Shown one piece after another: positions 12,533-24,700 of a stretch of 64,000 bases of DNA. Source of the DNA: the human T2T-CHM13v2.0 reference genome, Homo sapiens. Made by a program: the position numbers and the translations under genes. Position 1 is the first letter of the stretch, and each line of letters opens with the position of its first letter. A model generated the notes under the pieces. The model worked only from the letters and a program-made list of their open reading frames with translations, had not been told where the DNA came from and did not search any database. The stretch lies in NCBI RefSeq assembly GCF_009914755.1, contig NC_060928.1, one strand, 5' to 3'.

Positions 12533-14346
12533 CTAATTTGGGGAAAAAAAAGTAAAAACAGGTCACAGGATAACACTCTGTAGTTTATTCTGTGGCTTTC
12601 TCATACTTAATGGCACTGAAAAATCTTCTAATATACTAGCAAAGAGCTTCCAAGGAGGAGCATTTTGAAAGAAAAGAGTGGCCAATTAGAAAGACAATGC
12701 TTGTTAAGGCAAAGTGAACCCTAATTGTCCAGGAAGCAACTAACTGAAAGAAAGCAAGAAAGCAACTCTGAAAACAAAGACATTGCTAATATTGCCAATG
12801 AGTTACTTTCAATTTGCTTTTTCAGGGGTTCTGAATTCCTCTTCAATTTGTATCTCAGTAGATACCATCACTGGGCCATTTAAAAGCTTACTTACTAACA
12901 AAACTTTCTGATACTTTGAGCAAATTGACCTAATAAAATAGCTATTAAAAATCAATGTTAACTCTAAAAAAAATAGCGGTCGTTAACTTTAATTAGTCCT
13001 GGCTACTATAAACTATTTGAAAAGAATTTTTTTTCTCATTTTTGACAAACACAAAGCCTAATGAAACAAAAGTTTCTATCCTATTAATATTATCCAAATA
13101 TTTTTGATAAAACTCTCTTTTCAAATCCATCGACCTAGATATAAAATGAAATGGGATGAAAATAGAGGTTTAATGTCATGATGAAATTCTACTACTAAAT
13201 CTAACCAAGAAACAAAACAACACACACGACGTCTTAAGAGAAACCTAAAACCACGGAGCTAGGTGAGCATTACGTGGCAACACGCTGGCGAGTGGGATGG
13301 GTGACCATGCGCACACTATGAAAAAAAAAACAGCGATGGAAGATAGTCACTGGAAATAAAAAAGTAAAAAAAAACAAAAACAAAACAAGGCTTTTATTTT
13401 AGATCTCATAATCTGAGGCAAATTATGTGATCTCAGCAGATACCTTCTGCTGTACAGGTCGGGTCACAAGTCATCTGAAAGATGTAAAAAACTTCTCTAG
13501 CAAGCGTGTCTCCTGGCACAGCCAAAAAGAAGCAAGCGCGCATGGAAAGCAAGCACAGAATAAAAGCAATCAATCAAACCAGGTCCAAGCACAGCAAGGT
13601 TACACAGCGAGGTCAGGTACTGCACAGCAGCAGCCTGTTGATCTGGAAATGTGATAAAAGTTAACAGAAAGCAAACAAACGGTTTTGAGCATCGTTAACT
13701 ACGAAAATAGTCTCTTTTTCCCCTTCCCTTGAAAGTATGCTGTAAGGGTTTCACAGGTGCTGATGACATCAATTTCACACAATCACCAAATTGGTAAAAC
13801 AGCCAAAGCATTTAGCATGAAAGTTCCAAAGGTAAGGCCTGGCCTGGCCTGACATGCCCAGTGGTCTGGGTCCATCAGCTGCAACTTTTGGGGGCTTCGG
13901 GTTAGCATGACTAAGGGGCAGAAGGGGAAAAATGGACATAAAGTCCCCCCCAGAGAGATGAATCGCAACAGAGACTCTTGTTCTTAAATACCCTTGTAAC
14001 TAAAATGTGAGGAAACAATAAAAAAAAATCTAAGATGCAAACTCTAATGTGAAATTTAAAAAATACGTTGAATAGGGTATTACATTCAATGTCTTATCTA
14101 AACTACATGACAAATAAGAAGAAGAAATGGCTTTAGCAAGTAAACTTTACTGGAGGATGAAATAATCTAATGAATCCTCCTACCTGTTGAAAATGAGGTA
14201 ATATAAAACTAAAAACCCATAGCTGGTACCATAACTTTGTACCATAAGCTGGTATGAATCAAAATTTGTAAGCTTATTCCCTATTAAATATTGACATGTG
14301 ACAGTCACACAGGCATAGTTACTTTAAATGTTCCAATCATATTCAC

Positions 14347-14418
14347 TAAAAATAACAATGTGCCATAGGTTATGCATCAATAAAAATAACAATGTGCCAT
14401 AGGTTATGCATCAATAAA
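14347..14418. repeat. Perfect 34-bp tandem duplication
   Basis: taaaaataacaatgtgccataggttatgcatcaa at 14347 and 14381. Confidence 0.95.
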
Positions 14419-14733
14419 TAAACAGTAAGAAGCTGTGCTTCTGGACCAAAACATTCAAGGCTTTTGTCTGTAACTCTTTGACAAACTTTTACAAAATTTT
14501 ATTTTTATATCAATAACTTGGTAGAATAGAGCACCTATTTTAAGCAAGTTTAACATATGCTATATATTGTGAAAAATTTTGCAATCAAAATATTATAGTT
14601 GAAAGCAAATTCTCCACCTGTCGATCTTATTCCCAATTTTAAATCCTGACTTGTGCCCAAAACTCATCAAACCGTATGCAGGTTCTCCTCAGTGTAACCC
14701 ATACGGACAACGAAAATGAGGGGGAATGCTTAC

Positions 14734-14944
14734 CAGTGATGTCAAACCAAAGGGGTATGCCAGGAGGCTCCACAGATATTACTCCAATCATGTGAGCAAC
14801 GGGGTCACTTTCCATCACAGTAAAGGTAAAAAATGATTCTTCAAATGAAATGGGCTCCAGGGACGGTTTGGGCTTGGAGATCCATTCAATATGGAGTCTG
14901 GTGGTTGATGACTTTTGAGGGCGACCATTGTCAACTGCCTTAAT
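14734..14944 (-). CDS. FAT1: FAT1 exon 6 (211 bp); absent from the ORF track
   Basis: Acceptor tgttgtag|ATTAAG and donor CTG|gtaagc. Translates [70 protein letters not shown](G); phases fit exons 5 and 7. Confidence 0.96.
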
Positions 14945-15293
14945 CTACAACATTTGGGCAGAGGGGATTAAAAACAGCAAATCAGGAGTTACAACCCAGA
15001 AATGAATGAAGCACAGACTGGTTTGGTCTTAAACTGAGCCAATTTCAAACATTTCACATTTGTATTCTGTGTATGGAATGCCTGACAGAAGAACAATGAT
15101 TTCATGACCACATTCAACATAAACAATAAGCACCCTGATTCTCAAACGTTATCCGGCATTGCCTAATGGGGCCAGCAGGTCACAAACACTTCAGCCGTTT
15201 ACAAAATAGAAATAAAGTTACTAAAGAAAAAATACAAAATAAGGTTTATAGTCACAACATATGAAAAATTACAGTACTACAATCTTAACTCAC

Positions 15294-15623
15294 TGAAAGA
15301 ATATCATATTCTCCAGCTGCTGAAAACCTCTTGGACGAAACCACTCCAGTTTTCGGTTCGATGAAAAATTTGCCATGCTCATTCCCGTCTTCGATGCTGT
15401 AGGAGATTTCTGCATTGGGGCCCTCATCCTTGTCGGTGGCTATGACGTGATAGAGCGGCTCCCGTCTGGCATTTCTTTCTCGGTCTGGCTTTTCCCGCTC
15501 AGGGAGTCTGATTTTGTAGAACTTTTGCAGAAACTGAGGTTTGTTGTCATTTTCATCAAGGATTTTCACAATGACTCTTGCAATGGTTGATTTGGGGGGA
15601 CTACCATTGTCTGTCACAGTAAC
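15294..15623 (-). CDS. FAT1: FAT1 exon 5 (330 bp)
   Basis: Acceptor aaaacag|GTTACT and donor TCA|gtgagt. Translates [31 protein letters not shown]...[16 protein letters not shown]...EYDILS (ORF 15285..15617). Confidence 0.97.
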
Positions 15624-17323
15624 CTGTTTTTTTAAAGTTAACAGATTAACATGTTAAGATATACTATATAAAAAGTGAGCATCTTCTTCCTCATGCTACT
15701 CCGCATGTGTGTAAAGCTCTGCATTTTGCAGGGCACGATGACAACATACACAGCAGATCTTCATTCCAACAACAGGGCTGTAAGGAGGTGAGGCAGCACC
15801 TCCCATCTCTACAGGGAGAGAGTCAGGGGGCCGGGCATGGCTAAGAAAGAAACAGCTGCACCCCTGCGCGCCTTCCTGACCACGCAGGCTCTCTTCTCGC
15901 ATTAGTTTAAGTGGAAAGTGAACCTCACCCAAATGTTAAGCTACCAAAAACTTAATACCTTTAGGCCATGGAAGAGATACGTGAAGATTCTGCTTTACAC
16001 ATTTAAAGAGTCTTCTTAAAAACAACACACTCTACATACTTAAAAACAAAATTTCCATATATCATGTTAAAAATGTTAAACTTCATCAGTAAAATATGCT
16101 AAATTGTCATTTTAAAGTATGTGTTAAATAAATAGTACACCTTTTAATACCAGTAATCACCATTTTATTTTGGCTGTTTTCCTCTACAGATTTTTATAGG
16201 AGTGGACCTAAACATTTAAATTTAAGACCAACTCATTAAATAAGATTTTCGGTAAAATAACTTTCATTTTAAGTAAACTATCCATATATTCTTATATTCT
16301 ATTTAGGAAAAAATATCAGAGAGTCTTGAGGACTGCACTGATGACTGTTTCTATGTCCCTAAGAGACCATTTCACCCTTAAATCAAATGTTCACGTTTAC
16401 GTCAATGGGCACATTAAATATAACGACATTAGTAATGCTTATTCTCCCCTATCCACACCCCTACCTTCTTCCCAACTGAATTACCAAAACACTAAAAACG
16501 GTCAAGGAGACTGAAGTCTGGCAGTTGTAAACCCTGTTTATTAAAGTGTGACTATATCCCGATGGTGCCTGTCAAAAGTATTTAAGTAGTTGCTTTATAT
16601 TATTTACCTTCCTAAGCTTTTTCAAAATAAAACATTACTATTTTAATTTTAAACTCTCGAAACATTTCCTTTTCATCAGTTTGCATATGAGCTTTAGAAA
16701 AACAAGAAAGAGAAATACAAGCAAGCACTATGTTTTTTAGTATTCATCACCAAATTGTTCCTAACTTTGGGTTCAAGAACCAGTAGCTAGTCACAGCTTT
16801 CAACATGTAATGGAGACACTATCTTTAAGACAGCCAAATCAATGCCAGCACTGGCTCTCAAATATACCACCCCAAAAGGACCCTACTGAAAAATACACTA
16901 ATTATGTATGTTGAAGGGAAAATTTATTTCCCATCCATGTCCAAATATGACTTTCAAAGTGCTATATATCTGGTATCTGCTTCCACCTAGCCTTTGATAT
17001 TCACGGAGAAAAGAGGACTCTGGAGTGACGTATGCAATTAATGTGAAATTTGAAAGGACTGGAGCAAAATGTCAGTGTAACTACTGCTCTCCTATCTTCC
17101 CATCTGTTTATCTTTGTCAGTGACTGCATTTGCCCCTTCTGTCAATCCTTGTAGTGACAGAATGAAAATTCAAAACTTTGCTCTATCATAAAGAAAATGA
17201 ATTCAAGCGAACTTTACACCCTATGAACTAAAAACTCAGATGTAATACATGAAGCAGCTCCTAATGGGGAAAGCACTGTGGCTGTGAAACCACCTTTTCC
17301 AGAGGGTATTCCCAGTTCCCAAT

Positions 17324-17358
<35 letters not shown>
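17324..17358. repeat. (CA)n microsatellite; (UG)n in the FAT1 pre-mRNA
   Basis: Direct reading. Confidence 0.95.
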
Positions 17359-17359
<1 letters not shown>

Positions 17360-18430
17360 TGCACAACTATAAAAACTAAGTATTTACTGACAACGTTAAG
17401 AAAATTTGACCAAGGATAAAATGAAATTAAGCAGGCAGCATTATAAACAGCAATATTAAAAGAAATTTTCAAAAGTTACAGTTTAGAATTTTGTCACTTA
17501 TACTGTTAGAGTGGAAGAAGAGCACTGATAACTCAATTAAACAAAGGCAGGTGGCCTTTTCCAAGGCTGGCTCCGATAATGAACACCAGTCTTCCACACG
17601 GGACAGAGAGATGTCTCTACGCCCCTCTCTGCGGTCTGCCTGTCTCTCAGCCGCTTCCTGACGACACGGCCCAGAGATCTCATCAACCTGATGTCCATGT
17701 TACGCTCCACCTTCCCTCTCCAAATTACTCGCGGCCTTTTTCTGCAATGTATTTACTATTAGCCAAAAACCAGGTGACCAATACATGATAACAAGCTGTG
17801 GGTTTTCTAAGGACTAAAAGGCATTGTAAATTATCCATGAGAATGAGAAGCCTTATTAGAACTTTCTAGAAGAGCACATCTGAGACTTCAATCTACTTTT
17901 ACTTTTGAGGTATTTAAGAAGCACAAACTAAGTAATTCATAGTTTAAAACGCAAAAATAATGCAACTGTTTAAGAGCAAAAAAATGAATCTGGAAACAAA
18001 TTACCTCTAGTTAAAAAGGTTGAAACAGATCTATAAATACCAACATAAATATATCTCAAAAACATAATAGTAAGGGGAAAAAAAGATGTATACAGAAAAA
18101 TATCACTTATGTAAATGCAAATGAATTCCACATGACACTGTTTATAGATCTGTTCGCCCCCTGTGTGTGCGCAAGCATAAAATACAAAGATCTGAATCCG
18201 GCCCATGACAGTGGCTGTGTATTCTGGGAATGGTATTGAGGGATAAAGGGGACAAGAGCTATATTCATTAACAATTTCCTTATATTCCTTTTTCCTAACA
18301 ACCAGTAAATAATATTAATACAACAAAATATTAATAGCTAAGAATACTGGTTAATGGGAACAAGATTGTTCTTTCCCATGATACTTGTAACTACGAATCT
18401 TTAAGTATTAAAGATAAAAAAAAAACTTAC

Positions 18431-18492
18431 CTCTAATATGTGTTCATCTTGCTGTTCTCGGTCTAGCTTCCTTGACGTAGTTGTGATGAGAC
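18431..18492 (-). CDS. FAT1: FAT1 exon 4 (62 bp); absent from the ORF track
   Basis: Acceptor cattttacag|GTCTC and donor GAG|gtaagt. Translates (G)[20 protein letters not shown] with an LDRE motif; joins exon 3 (phase 1) to exon 5 (phase 0). Confidence 0.96.
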
Positions 18493-18569
18493 CTGTAAAA
18501 TGATAACAGTTCATTAATCCTCACAAAATAAGGTCAATTACAAAATACTGCAATTAAAATCACACTCTT

Positions 18570-18857
18570 GGCCAGGTGCGGTAGCTCATGCCTTAATCCC
18601 AGCACTTTGGGAGGCCCAGGGGGGTGGATTACTTAAGGTCAGGAGTTGGAGGCCAGCCTGGCCAACATGATGAAACCCTGTATCTACAAAAAGTTAGCCA
18701 GGCATGGTGGCGCGTGACTGTAATCCCAGCTAATTGGGAGGCTGAGGCAGGAGAATTGCTTGAACCTGGGAGGTGGAGGTTGCAGAGATCACACCAATGC
18801 TCTCCAGCCTGGGCAACAAAGTGAGACTCCATCTCAAAAATACAATAAAAAACAAAA
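18570..18857 (+). mobile_element. AluS element, about 78 bp from the exon 4 acceptor
   Basis: Dimeric Alu with A-rich tail; degenerate TSD aaaatcacactctt / aaaaccatactctt. Confidence 0.95.
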
Positions 18858-20360
18858 CCATACTCTTGTAAAAGTCTGAGCAAATTTCTTCTCAAGAAAA
18901 AAAGAAGAAAGAAATTTCTTACTAAAGAAATTTAATTTCCAGGTACGGTTATTTTGTCTACAAACAACAACATACTTTATACTTTCTCACTTTAATGACT
19001 CATATTGGATAAATGACAAATAGTAAGAAAGTGGAAAAACTCAAATCAGTTACATTTTCTATTTGTTAGTGGTTTCAATATACATTTTGTCAGAAAAGAT
19101 TTTTTAAAAGTGAGATGAAGTTATCCAGGATTTCAATCTCATCCATCTCCTTTAACTGCTCAAGAGATAACTGAGAGTTGACAGAAATGACTTCTATAAC
19201 TATATTAATAAGGACTATTGAAAATAAAGTGTTAACTCTAATTTATTACCTTTGAATTATCCACTCTCATAAATAAAGAACTGTTATAAAAAGTAATGTA
19301 ATTTTCCAGGTAATCTTGCTCATTTAATTTCCCATAAAAGAAAATTAATGATCCTCAAATTCTGTATTCTAGAAAACAAATTTCCTATCAAACTAGAATA
19401 TCTATGAGTTTTGACCTCTCTTGAGAACTTTAATAACTGCTCAACTGTCTGCATATTTTGGAACTAGAAGGCAATTACAATTTATAAAATGTATTCTTAT
19501 GCTTCACCAAAACCACAAACAAAACTCCCCTAAGCACTAAAATGTCGTCCCCAATCTGTGTTGATGGTGAACAGGTGCATGCAGGATGATCTGCACCTCC
19601 GACCTTAAAACCAGGTGGAGCCTGTGTGGCAGGACAATCACCAGGGCTGAACGTTCTCCTCCCAGTGCTGCGGCTTTTTTCTCATATGGAAATACCTTAA
19701 ATAATTCACATTTAAGAATAGACATTATTAATCTAATTTATTTTCTCCCATAATCTTTACTAATTTCACAGAACTATCACTTAAGGGATATTCAACATGT
19801 TTCTCTGCAGCAATAAGTGAAAGGCTTGTGTTTTCACTTAATTCAAAGGTTTTTTTCCTTAAGTAGTTACTAAGAATCTAAATCAACATTATTTTCCTCA
19901 CAATTCAACGAAACAGTGTTCTCTTTTTAACAAGGGCAACAGAAGGCTATATCATACCTCCACACTGGGGTTTTCCCAGATCATAGGTATAGATTAAAAG
20001 GTGCTAAAGGGAAATGCTTCACAGTGCTTACGGGTGTAAAAATGACGCTTGAATGTGGCACAAGCTTAATTTTCATTAGTCAAAAACCTTTTAAGTTAAT
20101 CTCTTTTTTTCCCCAATCAAAAATGTACCATCCTCTCCTAACTGTGGTTGTAAATAGTTCAGGAACGACAAGGAGCCCCTTGATTAGTCCCACATCTAAT
20201 TATTGTAATGTGTCCACCAAGAAGTTGTGATTGATGGTAACATCACGTGGAATAGCAGCTTGACACGTTCCCAGGAAAACAGTATTCTTCTGCAGAGCAC
20301 TTAATCACTCACCAACAGCACTGCGCAAATACTTATGAGCAAATACAACTCCCCACTTCA

Positions 20361-20730
<370 letters not shown>

Positions 20731-21325
20731 ATCCACATAAAGCCAAAAGGCTACCTGACCACCTCCTTCCTGGGTCTGAAATTATTTGCATGTTCTATAC
20801 TCCTCAAATTAATTCTCCTCCGTTAACTCAGATGGAGCTTTAATTTCATCCCAATGCAATGAATGGTAATATTAGCCCCTTTCTTTCCACTTCAGCCTGA
20901 GTCACTGCCTCACCCTTCAGTTTAAACTGAAGCGGGTTTAAACTTTTAAACTCACTGCAGGGCCTGGCGTGGGTTCCTGCTGCTGCATTCTCCAAGTTCT
21001 AATATTTCTTCTATCATAATATTACTCCACAGTATTAAAGCCCCTCATTTAAAAATTAGTCTTCTTTTCTGTACTGGAAAACTCACGAGGACAGTGGCTG
21101 TCTTTCTTGCATAGCTTGCTCACATAGCTATCTCTCCGTCATCCTCAAGAAACACTTAAACGTGTGAACATGTGAATTTCTTAAAACTATGAATGAGCAG
21201 AATTAAAAATATGTGCTAGAGTGAGAGAGATAAACTACTGTAAACCTGAAAATGATACAAATCCACAGCCCATAAGTGAGCCAACAGAGAATGCGTTAGT
21301 ACATATTTATAGGCAGCGTGTGCCA

Positions 21326-21392
21326 GGTGCTGCGATGGGTGGCTAGGTGCTGCAATGGGTGGCTACGTGCTGCGATGGGTGGCTAGGGGCTG
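21326..21392. repeat. 20-bp tandem repeat, about 3.3 copies
   Basis: ggtgctgcgatgggtggcta at 21326, 21346 and 21366. Confidence 0.9.
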
Positions 21393-21764
21393 GCGGCACC
21401 CTGCGGGTATTTAGAAGCACAGACCCGAGGCGCAGGGAAGAAGCTGTGGGCATACAGACAGGTGTGACTCAGACCACACCCACAGAAGTGAGCATAATAC
21501 TAAAGAGAACAGTGGGCCTATAAAAACGGTAGAGAAAATAGCGGGCCGATCTTCAACCTAGGAAGCAATCTGCTGGAAGAGAAGCTTCGTGTCCCAGAAG
21601 CCAAAGGCAGACGATTTTAAGGAGGACGTACTTTGGAGGAGCCTGGAAGAAAAGAGAAAGTGAGGCAGGAAGTAGACCAGGAGAAGTATTACTTTTACGA
21701 AGACGAGATTGTCTCACATGTAACTGTAAACTAGAGAGAAGACGAAGATGTAGACTTCCACTAA

Positions 21765-21960
21765 CAAATACAGTCACCACTAGCCTCCTGAGACCAGTGG
21801 AATTTAAATTAATTAAAATTCAGTAAAGTTTACACTTCAGTTTCTCAATCACACTAAGCCAAATTTCCAGGGTACGGCAGCCCCCAGGGGCCGGTGACGA
21901 CAGCATGGAGCAAGGCAGATGGAGAACGCGCTCCCCACGGCAGGAAGCTCTGCTGGACGG
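21765..21960. mobile_element. MER3/MER33-like hAT-Charlie fragment
   Basis: gtcaccactagcc...aatttaaattaattaaaattcagtaaagtttacacttcagtttctcaatcacactaagccaaatttcca resembles the MER33/MER3 core. Confidence 0.6.
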
Positions 21961-24072
21961 CACCGGTCTACTCAGGAGGCATAATTCACAAATCAAGATC
22001 CTGCAAGAAACCCTGCAGGGTGGGTTTACTTTTCTGCGGAGAACACGTAAGATATTTCAGACTGACAAAAACAAACAAATAACAACAACAAACTTTCTTT
22101 CTAAATTCACAACACTTAGCAAAAAGAATCTTAGCAAGGCTGCCGTAGTGCTTTTCCCTAATGCCATCTCCAGAGAGAGGCCGTGCATGAGTGTCCTATG
22201 GGGGTGGCACCAGGTGATGCACCCCCTCTGCGAAAAATTACAGTAAAATTAGGGCTTCCTGTGGGATTTTCATACAAAATGAAAACAGAATTTCCTAATG
22301 ATGTAATTTAATACTAGGCATTCTGGGTGTCTTTTCGAGGTGCGCTTTACCTTACAGCAATCAACCACACTGAGTGCCTAACACCCCGGGGAACGCTACC
22401 CGAACCCCCTGCACTCTGGCCATACAAGACAATCTACCGAGTGTGTTCTGTGTTCACACTCATTCACGCCTCTGTGAGCATCACTCCTGCTCCTCATCCC
22501 CCCCCCACCCCCACCCACTTGAAACATCGACTTCAAACATAATTCTAAAGTACAACTGCTCCATATACCCACTACATGTTATTAACCTAGTAGGTAGTAA
22601 GTGTCCTAGTAAGTATGTCCACTTCTTTCATTTTCGACATCTGTGCTCATCTGCAATATTTTTTGCCAAATCCCAGAAAGATATATACTTAAAGGAAACT
22701 GTACAGAACTTCAGAACTAGACAGAAACCTTTAAGATTATCAAGTTGAGCTGCCTGAACCAAAGAGAAGTTAAAATTTTCCAAGGCCACTAGTAAGTCAT
22801 TAACAAAGCCAGGAGTAGGATTTCGTTCTCTTGAGGCTCAGATGAGCGTTTTTTTCTCCCTATCACACCTGACTGCGTAATTTGCTGTATTATAGTATTT
22901 CAACACTCCATGAACTCTGAACTGTGACTTTCATAAACTGTAACGAAAAAACCAGGAATGACTCATCATTAGTCATTTAATAGATCCAAAAAAGCAAGTT
23001 AGGAGATAAAAGAGGCAAAAGCAGAAAAACGTATATGCAACTGTTTTCTTTTTGTAACTTTGTGTTTCATCTTCCTCTTCTGCCAAGCACTGATAATTAA
23101 AAATAGAAAGGAAGAAAAACTAGAAATTTTTCTTTCCTTGGTCCAGAAAAACACTGCATTCTATATAATAAAACTATGATAAATGTAGGTGGGCTGAGAC
23201 AGCAGACACAGTATATTCTCACCAATGAGCAGTTACCAGTTCACCCCAGAAATGTATGCACAATGCAGTAACAAAGTTTATGGCACTTGAGGAACATCAT
23301 TAAAAACCACTCATGGCCTTTCAACGCCACTTAGACATTTAGAGATGAGTTCATTTAGAACAGAGAGAATGTCAGATCAGCTATGTTTCAATATAAAATT
23401 GTGCTCTTTGACATTTCTTATAAATCAGTAACAAAACCATCTCCAAACTTCTCAAAATTCAAGAGATAAAGTAGACTTCGCGAAGCAGATAGACGTAAAA
23501 GTGAACATCAAAGGACTAGTAGGTGAAGACAGTCATGTGACATGGTCCACACAGCTGGAGCGATGAATGCATTCAGTCAACTGTGTTGTACTGTCCACTC
23601 AGAAAGTGGAGATAAGACAGTCTTGTTTGCAAGAAACCAGGATGAAGGCTAGAAGTTGGCAAAGACTACTTTACATGTGAGAAACAGTAAGACAGGATAG
23701 ATTGTAGGGCACTGACAGAAAACACAGTGCAGGAGCTACACACAGAAAACAGGAAGCAGGAGGAAGGCTCTTGCCAGCAACTCTGTGTTCCAGAAAAGTG
23801 TGGACTTGGTTGGAAGAGAAGACACGTGGTCTAGTCATTCGTGCTGCTCCACCATTGCCTGACATGTGAGTGAGGCCACCGAGGACCAGCTGGCCACCAG
23901 CCAAGCCTGCACAAGAGTGGAAGAAGCACCCGGCAGAACCCTAAATTATGAGTTATTTCAAGGGCGGAAGAACTGCCCAGCAGAACCCTAAACTAAATTA
24001 TGACAGCTATTTCAAGCCACTCAATTTTGACAGTTTGTTAGCCAAGGTATTATGCTTTAATAGATACTTCAT

Positions 24073-24075
<3 letters not shown>

Positions 24076-24117
<42 letters not shown>
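24076..24117. repeat. (TA)n microsatellite, about 21 units
   Basis: Direct reading. Confidence 0.95.
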
Positions 24118-24120
<3 letters not shown>

Positions 24121-24383
24121 TGTAAAAAACTGAGATATATCCACATATGTATATGTGTATATCTTCACATATGATGTGTAAATATGTGAAGATATCTCCA
24201 TTTTTACAGGCTTAGAGAGATTAAGTTGCTTACTCAACGTCATTTAGCAAAGTATTGAAGTTGGGGGTTCAATAAATCTAGTAAGTCTACATTAAAAGTG
24301 AAAGAAACCAGGGAGGGACTGAAGACTGTGGTTCTGTAAAAAATAAATTTCAACATCAGCACAGTGGATAAAAATGGATGGCA

Positions 24384-24657
24384 TAATCCCAGCACTCTGG
24401 GAGGCCAAGGCAGGTGAATCACTTGAGGCTAGGAGTTCGAGACCAGCTTGGTCAACATGGAGAAACCCCATCTCTACTAAAAATTCAAAAATTAGCTGGG
24501 TGTGGTGGCGTGCACCTGTAATCCCAGCTACTTGGGAGGCTAAGGCATGAGACTCACTTGGACCTGGGAAGCCGAGGTTGCAGTGAGCTGAGGGCGGACC
24601 ACTGCAATTGAGCTTAGGTTACAGAGTGAGACTGTCTCACAAAAAAAAAAAAAAAAA

Positions 24658-24698
<41 letters not shown>
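24384..24698 (+). mobile_element. 5'-truncated Alu (J or old S) with poly-A, (TA)n and (CA)n tail
   Basis: Starts at taatcccagcactctgggagg; A18 then (CA)~17; flanking gatggca repeated on both sides. Confidence 0.93.

Positions 24699-24700
<2 letters not shown>

Noticed and set aside
13279-13545. Complementary boxes flanking the 31-nt candidate exon (13305-13312 with 13538-13545; 13279-13289 with 13500-13510)
   Set aside because: Only 7-8 bp perfect, and the helices cross rather than nest; too weak without covariation.
14163-14173. TAATCTAATGA, resembling the DUX4 site
   Set aside because: A single imperfect match in AT-rich DNA.
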